Assembly (NCBI GenBank): GCA_963678065.2
Contig: CAXXVZ010000003.1
Location: forward strand, 288,001-352,000
Reading direction: 5' to 3'
Length of the DNA stretch: 64,000 bases
Source of the DNA: Treponemataceae bacterium
Lineage (GTDB): Bacteria; Spirochaetota; Spirochaetia; Treponematales; Rectinemataceae
Position numbers and translations under genes: made by a program. The notes beneath the pieces were generated by a model. That model was given only the letters and a program-made list of their open reading frames with translations. It ran no database searches and was not told the DNA's origin. Every line of letters begins with the position of its first letter. Positions within the stretch are counted from its first letter, which is position 1. Below, piece by piece: positions 1 through 9,000 of this stretch.

Positions 1-19
1 TACACTAGGAGTCAGATCC

Positions 20-3000
20 GTGATCAATAGAAAGAGCTTGTCTTCCATCTTAGCCGTCGTGTTCATATGTGGTCTTGTCCTCGCGCCGGTATCGGCCCAG
101 ACTACCACCCTTGCAGGACTCACTGCGGCCCAGGCTGCGGCTCTTGCGGCTGCGCAGGGAGGTACTTCGGACCAGTCGGTTTCCGCACAATCTCCTGTAG
201 TTAACGAGCTCTCCGTCAACAAAGCCGGCGCGGACGCCAAGGGTTCTGTGTCGACTACCCCGATTTCACAGACTCCCCAGATCCAGTTCTCCATCGTAGA
301 GCGCATGTACGCGGCCACCGGGGTGGGGGAAGGAGATCAACTCACTCAGTACGGATACTCGCTTTTCTCCGGCGCTTCCGCTCCCTCCCTCGCTTCCGTG
401 GGGGACGATTATGTGCTCGGCCCCCAGGACAAGCTGGTACTGTATCTCTGGGGCGACCCTGTGGACATCAAGGAACTCCAGCCGAGCTACGAACTCTCCG
501 TTGACAGAGCTGGCAATATCTTCTTCGCTCCAGTCGGTCAGATCGCCGTTTGGGGGCAGGATCTCGGCACTTTCCGCACCCTTCTTAAGGCCCAGCTCGA
601 CCGTCGCTACAAAAAGCTGAGCATCTCCGTCGTTCTCGGAAAATTGCGGGAGTTCCCTGTGTCTGTCGCAGGTTTCGCGGGCGAACCGGGGACTGTCATG
701 GCTACCGGCGCGGATACCCTCGTATCCGTCCTCTCGCGCGCAGGCGGAATCATGAAGACAGGCAGTCTCAGGTCCGTCCGGCTCACCCGCGCGGGCAAGT
801 CGAAACAGGAATCCGTGACGGTGGACTTCTACGACGTTCTCATAAAAGGGAAAACTCTCGATCTGCGCGTGCGTGAGGGGGACTCTGTCTTCGTTCCAGG
901 CATTGGTCCTGTGGCGGGGCTTGCGGGGGAAATCCGCAGACCTGGAATCTATGAGCTGAACGGGGAAAAAACCATCGCCGAACTTGTGTCGCTGGCTGGA
1001 GGCCTTCTGCCCTCCGCTCGTTCCTCTTCTGCCTCGGTGGTCCGTTACGCGGGCGACCAGAAGAAACTCATCGCGGGTGATCTCTCCACTCCCACCTTTG
1101 CCGCTACCCCGTTTGCCGACGGTGACCTCGTGCTCGTGGGCAAGGTTAATTCCCTTGTCGCGAACGCCATCGAAGTAACGGGAGCTGTCAAGTTTCCAGG
1201 ACGCTACACTGTCGAATCATATGCGAGTCTCAAGGATCTTCTTTCGAAAGTCCAGGTTTTGCCCGAGACAAATCTCTATTATGGTCGCGTTTACCGGATC
1301 GATGCATCCGGCAGGGATCTGAGTTTCACCTTCTCTCCCAAGGACATCCTCGGAGGTAGTGCGGATTATCCCCTTCGTGCACAGGATATCGTCGTTTTTT
1401 ACCGCTACGACTACCAGCCGGCCAATCCTGAAGCCGACCGTTTTCCCGCAACCATTGTTCTCTCGGGCCCCGCCCGATACGCGGGACTCTATGCGTGGAA
1501 GCCGGGCACGAAACTTTCTTCCATCGTGACAAAAGACCAATTCCTTGTCGGTACAAGTCTTGAGTATGCCGAGATCGAGCGCAGATCCGTAGGCGGAAAG
1601 GCAGAGTACCGGACCTTCTCACCCCGCGATGTCATATCGGGTAAGTACGATATCGAGTTATCGGGGCGGGATGTGATTCGTTTTGTGGCATCTGAGTATC
1701 TGCCGGCGAAGCCAGACTTTGACAAGTATCCGGAGACGGTGGCGTTGTATGGGCCGGCGAAGTACAAGGGCTTGTATGCGTGGAAGAGTGGGTTGAAGCT
1801 GGGGATGCTGCTGAAGTCAGCGGAAGTGTTGTTGGATGCGAACCAGTACTATGCGGAGATAGTGCGGCCGCTTGGTGGTGGGAAGAACGAGTATCTGACG
1901 TTTGCGCCGCGTGAGGTATTGGCGGGGACGTTCGACATGGAGTTGCGGTCGAGCGATTCGGTGAAGCTGGTATCGTATGCGTCGAAGTCTGGTGGGATGA
2001 CGAGGTCGGGAGCGGAGGTGGCGCCGCCGGCGACAGGAAATGGCACGGTGATGGCAGCGGGGACGGCTGGTGTCGAGGCTGCGACAGGGCAAGGGAATTC
2101 ATTACCGTCGGGTGTCACGGTTGGCGGAACGCAAGCGAATGTGGTAGGAGCAACGGCTGCGTCGGTACCGGGAACGGCGGCTGGAACGACCGTGTCGGCG
2201 GCGATGGGGACTGCTCCGACGAGTGCTGCACAGAATCAGACGGAAGTCACAAGCCAAGAGAGCGTGGAAGCGCAATTTCTGGAAGCGGTGAGTGTGATGG
2301 GGCCGGTGCGGTATCAGGGGGTGTATGCGCGGACGCCGAACCTGAAGCTGTCGGATGTGGTGACGGCAGACCAGATACTGCAGACGACGAACACGATGTA
2401 CGCGGAGTTGACGCGGTACCTCGGGGACGGGAAGTACGAGTACTACGCGTTCAGTCCGAAGGACGTGTTGGAGAAGCGGTATGACATGGCGCTTGCGGCG
2501 CAGGACATGATCCGGTATGTGACGGTGGGGTATCTGCCGGCGAAACCGGACTTTGACCGGTTTGCGAGTGCGGTGGCGGTGTATGGGCCGGTGAAGGCAG
2601 CGGGATTGTATGCGTGGAAGCAAGGGCAGACGCTGTCGGGGCTGGTGAAGTATGCGGAGCTGGTGCAGGAGACGAACCGGTACTATGCGGAGTTGAAGCG
2701 ACCGATTGGTGGAGGGAAGTACGAGTACAAGACGTTTGCGCCGCGGGATGTGGTGGCGGGGACGTTTGAACTGGAGCTGAGAGCGAGCGACACGGTGACG
2801 TTCTATCCGGCGGGGTACAATCCGGAGAAACCGGACTTCGAGCGGTATTCCGAGGCGCTCTTGGTAGCGGGGAGTGTGAAATATCCTGGTCTGTACGCGA
2901 AGACGCCGGGGATGAAACTGTCCAGTCTGGTGACGAAGGACTGGTTTCTGACGACGACGAACACGGCGTATGGGGAACTGGTACGGTTTGTGAAAGAAGG

Positions 3001-6000
3001 TGTGTACGAATACCGGACCTTCAATCCGTCTGACCTCATCGAGGGGAAACAGGATTTTGAGTTAAATGGACGGGATGTGATCCATTTTGTGGCATCGGAG
3101 TATCTGCCGGCGAAGCCAGACTTTGACAAGTATCCTGAGACGGTGGCGTTGTATGGGCCGGCGAAGTACAAGGGCTTGTATGCGTGGAAGAGTGGGTTGA
3201 AGCTGGGGATGCTGCTGAAGTCAGCGGAAGTGTTGTTGGATGCGAACCAGTACTATGCGGAGATAGTGCGGCCACTTGGTGGTGGGAAGAACGAGTATCT
3301 GACGTTTGCGCCGCGTGAGGTATTGGCGGGGACGTTCGACATGGAGTTGCGGTCGAGCGATTCGGTGAAGCTGGTATCGTATGCGTCGAAGTCTGGTGGG
3401 ATGACGAGGTCGGGAGCGGAGGTAGCGCCGCCGGCGACAGGAAATGGCACGGTGATGACAGCGGGGACGGCTGGTGTCGAGGCTGCGACAGGGCAAGGGA
3501 ATTCATTACCGTCGGGTGTCACGGTTGGCGGAACGCAAGGGAATGTGACGGGAACAAGTGCTGCGGTTGCGTCAGTGCCGGGAACAGCGGCTGGAACGAC
3601 CGTGGCGGCGACGATGGGGGCTGCTCCGACGAGTGCTGCACAGAATCAGACGGAAGTCACAAGCCAAGAGGGCGTGGAAGCGCAATTTCTGGAAGCGGTG
3701 AGTGTGATGGGGCCGGTGCGGTATCAGGGGGTGTATGCGCGGACGCCGAACCTGAAGCTGTCGGATGTGGTGACGGCAGACCAGATATTGCAGACGACGA
3801 ACACGATGTACGCGGAGTTGACGCGGTACCTCGGGGATGGGAAGTACGAGTACTATGCGTTCAGTCCGAAGGATGTGTTGGAGAAGCGGTATGACATGGC
3901 GCTTGCTGCGCAGGACATGATCCGGTATGTGACGGTGGGGTATCTGCCGGCGAAACCGGACTTCAATACCTACCGTAATTTCATACTCGTGACGGGACCG
4001 GTGCGCCGACCTGGTGTCTATGCCTTCTCTTCGGGAATGAAACTGTCATCCTTTGTGAGGACAGAGGATCTACTTCTTGAGACAAACAAGCGGTATGCGG
4101 AACTGACACGGAAGAACTCGGACGGGAGCGAGAAGTACTACAGCTTCGATCCGACCGATATCGCGACCGGTAAAAAGGACATGAATCTTACCGAGCGCGA
4201 CCAGATTCGTTTTGTGGCATCGGAGTATCTGCCGGTGAAGCCGGACTTTGACAAGTATCCGGAGACGGTGGCGTTGTATGGGCCGGCGAAGTACAAGGGC
4301 TTGTATGCGTGGAAGAGTGGGTTGAAGCTGGGGATGCTGCTGAAGTCAGCGGAAGTGTTGTTGGATGCGAACCAGTACTATGCGGAGATAGTGCGGCCGC
4401 TTGGTGGTGGGAAGAACGAGTATCTGACGTTTGCGCCGCGTGAGGTATTGGCGGGGACGTTCGACATGGAGTTGCGGTCGAGCGATTCGGTGAAGCTGGT
4501 ATCGTATGCGTCGAAGTCTGGTGGGATGACGAGGTCGGGAGCGGAGGTGGCGCCGCCGGCGACAGGAAATGGCACGGTGATGGCAGCGGGGACGGCTGGT
4601 GTCGAGGCTGCGACAGGGCAAGGGAATTCATTACCGTCGGGTGTCACGGTTGGCGGAACGCAAGCGAATGTGGTAGGAGCAACGGCTGCGTCGGTACCGG
4701 GAACGGCGGCTGGAACGACCGTGTCGGCGGCGATGGGGACTGCTCCGACGAGTGCTGCACAGAATCAGACGGAAGTCACAAGCCAAGAGAGCGTGGAAGC
4801 GCAATTTCTGGAAGCGGTGAGTGTGATGGGGCCGGTGCGGTATCAGGGGGTGTATGCGCGGACGCCGAACCTGAAGCTGTCGGATGTGGTGACGGCAGAC
4901 CAGATACTGCAGACGACGAACACGATGTACGCGGAGTTGACGCGGTACCTCGGGGACGGGAAGTACGAGTACTACGCGTTCAGTCCGAAGGACGTGTTGG
5001 AGAAGCGGTATGACATGGCGCTTGCGGCGCAGGACATGATCCGGTATGTGACGGTGGGGTATCTGCCGGCGAAACCGGACTTTGACCGGTTTGCGAGTGC
5101 GGTGGCGGTGTATGGGCCGGTGAAGGCAGCGGGATTGTATGCGTGGAAGCAAGGGCAGACGCTGTCGGGGCTGGTGAAGTATGCGGAGCTGGTGCAGGAG
5201 ACGAACCGGTACTATGCGGAGTTGAAGCGACCGATTGGTGGAGGGAAGTACGAGTACAAGACGTTTGCGCCGCGGGATGTGGTGGCGGGGACGTTTGAAC
5301 TGGAGCTGAGAGCGAGCGACACGGTGACGTTCTATCCGGCGGGGTACAATCCGGAGAAACCGGACTTCGAGCGGTATTCCGAGGCGCTCTTGGTAGCGGG
5401 GAGTGTGAAATATCCTGGTCTGTACGCGAAGACGCCGGGGATGAAACTGTCCAGTCTGGTGACGAAGGACTGGTTTCTGACGACGACGAACACGGCGTAT
5501 GGGGAACTGGTACGGTTTGTGAAAGAAGGTGTGTACGAATACCGGACCTTCAATCCGTCTGACCTCATCGAGGGGAAACAGGATTTTGAGTTAAATGGAC
5601 GGGATGTGATCCATTTTGTGGCATCGGAGTATCTGCCGGCGAAGCCAGACTTTGACAAGTATCCTGAGACGGTGGCGTTGTATGGGCCGGCGAAGTACAA
5701 GGGCTTGTATGCGTGGAAGAGTGGGTTGAAGCTGGGGATGCTGCTGAAGTCAGCGGAAGTGTTGTTGGATGCGAACCAGTACTATGCGGAGATAGTGCGG
5801 CCACTTGGTGGTGGGAAGAACGAGTATCTGACGTTTGCGCCGCGTGAGGTATTGGCGGGGACGTTCGACATGGAGTTGCGGTCGAGCGATTCGGTGAAGC
5901 TGGTATCGTATGCGTCGAAGTCTGGTGGGATGACGAGGTCGGGAGCGGAGGTAGCGCCGCCGGCGACAGGAAATGGCACGGTGATGACAGCGGGGACGGC

Positions 6001-9000
6001 TGGTGTCGAGGCTGCGACAGGGCAAGGGAATTCATTACCGTCGGGTGTCACGGTTGGCGGAACGCAAGGGAATGTGACGGGAACAAGTGCTGCGGTTGCG
6101 TCAGTGCCGGGAACAGCGGCTGGAACGACCGTGGCGGCGACGATGGGGGCTGCTCCGACGAGTGCTGCACAGAATCAGACGGAAGTCACAAGCCAAGAGG
6201 GCGTGGAAGCGCAATTTCTGGAAGCGGTGAGTGTGATGGGGCCGGTGCGGTATCAGGGGGTGTATGCGCGGACGCCGAACCTGAAGCTGTCGGATGTGGT
6301 GACGGCAGACCAGATATTGCAGACGACGAACACGATGTACGCGGAGTTGACGCGGTACCTCGGGGATGGGAAGTACGAGTACTATGCGTTCAGTCCGAAG
6401 GATGTGTTGGAGAAGCGGTATGACATGGCGCTTGCTGCGCAGGACATGATCCGGTATGTGACGGTGGGGTATCTGCCGGCGAAACCGGACTTCAATACCT
6501 ACCGTAATTTCATACTCGTGACGGGACCGGTGCGCCGACCTGGTGTCTATGCCTTCTCTTCGGGAATGAAACTGTCATCCTTTGTGAGGACAGAGGATCT
6601 ACTTCTTGAGACAAACAAGCGGTATGCGGAACTGACACGGAAGAACTCGGACGGGAGCGAGAAGTACTACAGCTTCGATCCGACCGATATCGCGACCGGT
6701 AAAAAGGACATGAATCTTACCGAGCGCGACCAGATTCGTTTTGTGGCATCGGAGTATCTGCCGGTGAAGCCGGACTTTGACAAGTATCCGGAGACGGTGG
6801 CGTTGTATGGGCCGGCGAAGTACAAGGGACTGTATGCGTGGAAGAGTGGGTTGAAGCTGGGGATGTTGCTGAAGTCAGCGGAAGTGTTGTTGGATGCGAA
6901 CCAGTACTATGCGGAGATAGTGCGGCCGCTTGGTGGTGGGAAGAACGAGTATCTGACGTTTGCGCCGCGTGAGGTATTGGCGGGGACGTTCGACATGGAG
7001 TTGCGGTCGAGCGATTCGGTGAAGCTGGTATCGTATGCGTCGAAGTCTGGTGGGATGACGAGGTCGGGAGCGGAGGTGGCACCGCCGGCGACAGGAAATG
7101 GCACGGTGATGGCAGCGGGGACGGCTGGTGTCGAGGCTGCGACAGGGCAAGGGAATTCATTACCGTCGGGTGTCACGGTTGGCGGAACGCAAGCGAATGT
7201 GGTAGGAGCAACGGCTGCGTCGGTACCGGGAACGGCGGCTGGAACGACCGTGTCGGCGGCGATGGGGACTGCTCCGACGAGTGCTGCACAGAATCAGACG
7301 GAAGTCACAAGCCAAGAGAGCGTGGAAGCGCAATTTCTGGAAGCGGTGAGTGTGATGGGGCCGGTGCGGTATCAGGGGGTGTATGCGCGGACGCCGAACC
7401 TGAAGCTGTCGGATGTGGTGACGGCAGACCAGATACTGCAGACGACGAACACGATGTACGCGGAGTTGACGCGGTACCTCGGGGACGGGAAGTACGAGTA
7501 CTACGCGTTCAGTCCGAAGGACGTGTTGGAGAAGCGGTATGACATGGCGCTTGCGGCGCAGGACATGATCCGGTATGTGACGGTGGGGTATCTGCCGGCG
7601 AAACCGGACTTTGACCGGTTTGCGAGTGCGGTGGCGGTGTATGGGCCGGTGAAGGCAGCGGGATTGTATGCGTGGAAGCAAGGGCAGACGCTGTCGGGGC
7701 TGGTGAAGTATGCGGAGCTGGTGCAGGAGACGAACCGGTACTATGCGGAGTTGAAGCGACCGATTGGTGGAGGGAAGTACGAGTACAAGACGTTTGCGCC
7801 GCGGGATGTGGTGGCGGGGACGTTTGAACTGGAGCTGAGAGCGAGCGACACGGTGACGTTCTATCCGGCGGGGTACAATCCGGAGAAACCAGACTTCGAA
7901 CACTATCCCGAGGCGATTCATGTATCTGGAGCCGTCCGGTATCCCGGCCTGTATGCCTTGTCGGGAAATACGATGCTTTCCTCTATCTTGGACGCGGAAG
8001 TTCTGCGCACGGATACCAACATGGCGTATGCCGAGTTGAAACGGTACGCAGGCGAAGGAAAGTACGAATATACGGCATTTGCGCCTGGCGATGTGCTTGC
8101 GCGAAAATTTGACGTGGCTCTTTCTCCCAGAGACAGTCTTCGTTTCATCTCTGTGGATGGACCTCCGCCTGCACCCGACTTCGATCTTTTCCCCGGTTCC
8201 GTGTCGATCACAGGTTCCGTGAAGAATGGGGGATTGTACGCGCTCCGAAGGGGAATGAAACTTTCCGACCTCGTCAAAGAAGCTGCTCTGCGTCTCGACG
8301 CCAACATCTATTATGCCAGGTTTATCAAGACGCAGCCTGGCGGGCGCAATGAGTACCGGACCTTCGCGCCGCGCGAGGTGCTTGCCGGGACCTTCGACAT
8401 GGTGCTCACCGGTTCGGAGTCGATTCGCATCCTTTCGATCTCGGAAACCCGCCAGCCGCTCGGTGCCGAACGTAATGTCCGGACCCTCGGGGCGCCTCTT
8501 GTCGATAATTCCGGACAAGTGGCGGTCGGTGTCGCGCCTTCTCAGGGAAACACGATACCTGCTCCTGCAACCAGCGCCGCCTCGACTGTTGTCGCGGCCA
8601 AGATCGATGAGAAGAGTGTTTTATCGCCTTCAGCGCAGGTTGGCGTGCCTGCAGGACAGACGCAGGGAAGCGCCCTGGCCCAGACAGCAGTCAATCCGCT
8701 TCCGGTTCAGGATGCCGGGAAAGCCTCCGAGCCTGTCCTCACGGATATAGTCACTGTGGAGGAGGACCCCGAAGCGAAGCTCTACCCGCAAGTCGTGACG
8801 GTCTCGGGACCTGTCAAGTATTTCGGTTACTACGCGCGGACTCCCGGACTCAAACTCTCTTCTATTCTTGACAAAGAACAGATTCTGCCTTCAACCCATA
8901 CCGGATACGCGGAGCTCACCCGTTTTGTAGGCGACGGACGGTATGAGTACCTGACCTTCAGTCCGAAGGATGTCCTCGATGGAAGATTCGACCTTGTCCT

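Noticed and set aside
1675..7899. Possible DGR template/variable repeat or CRISPR-like array
   Set aside because: Differences are not adenine-specific, there is no RT or cas gene, and units are kb-scale in-frame coding modules
1632..8518. Repeated minus-strand Arg/His/Pro/Ser-rich ORFs
   Set aside because: Antisense shadows of the G-rich repeat; they recur at the same period and have no protein motifs
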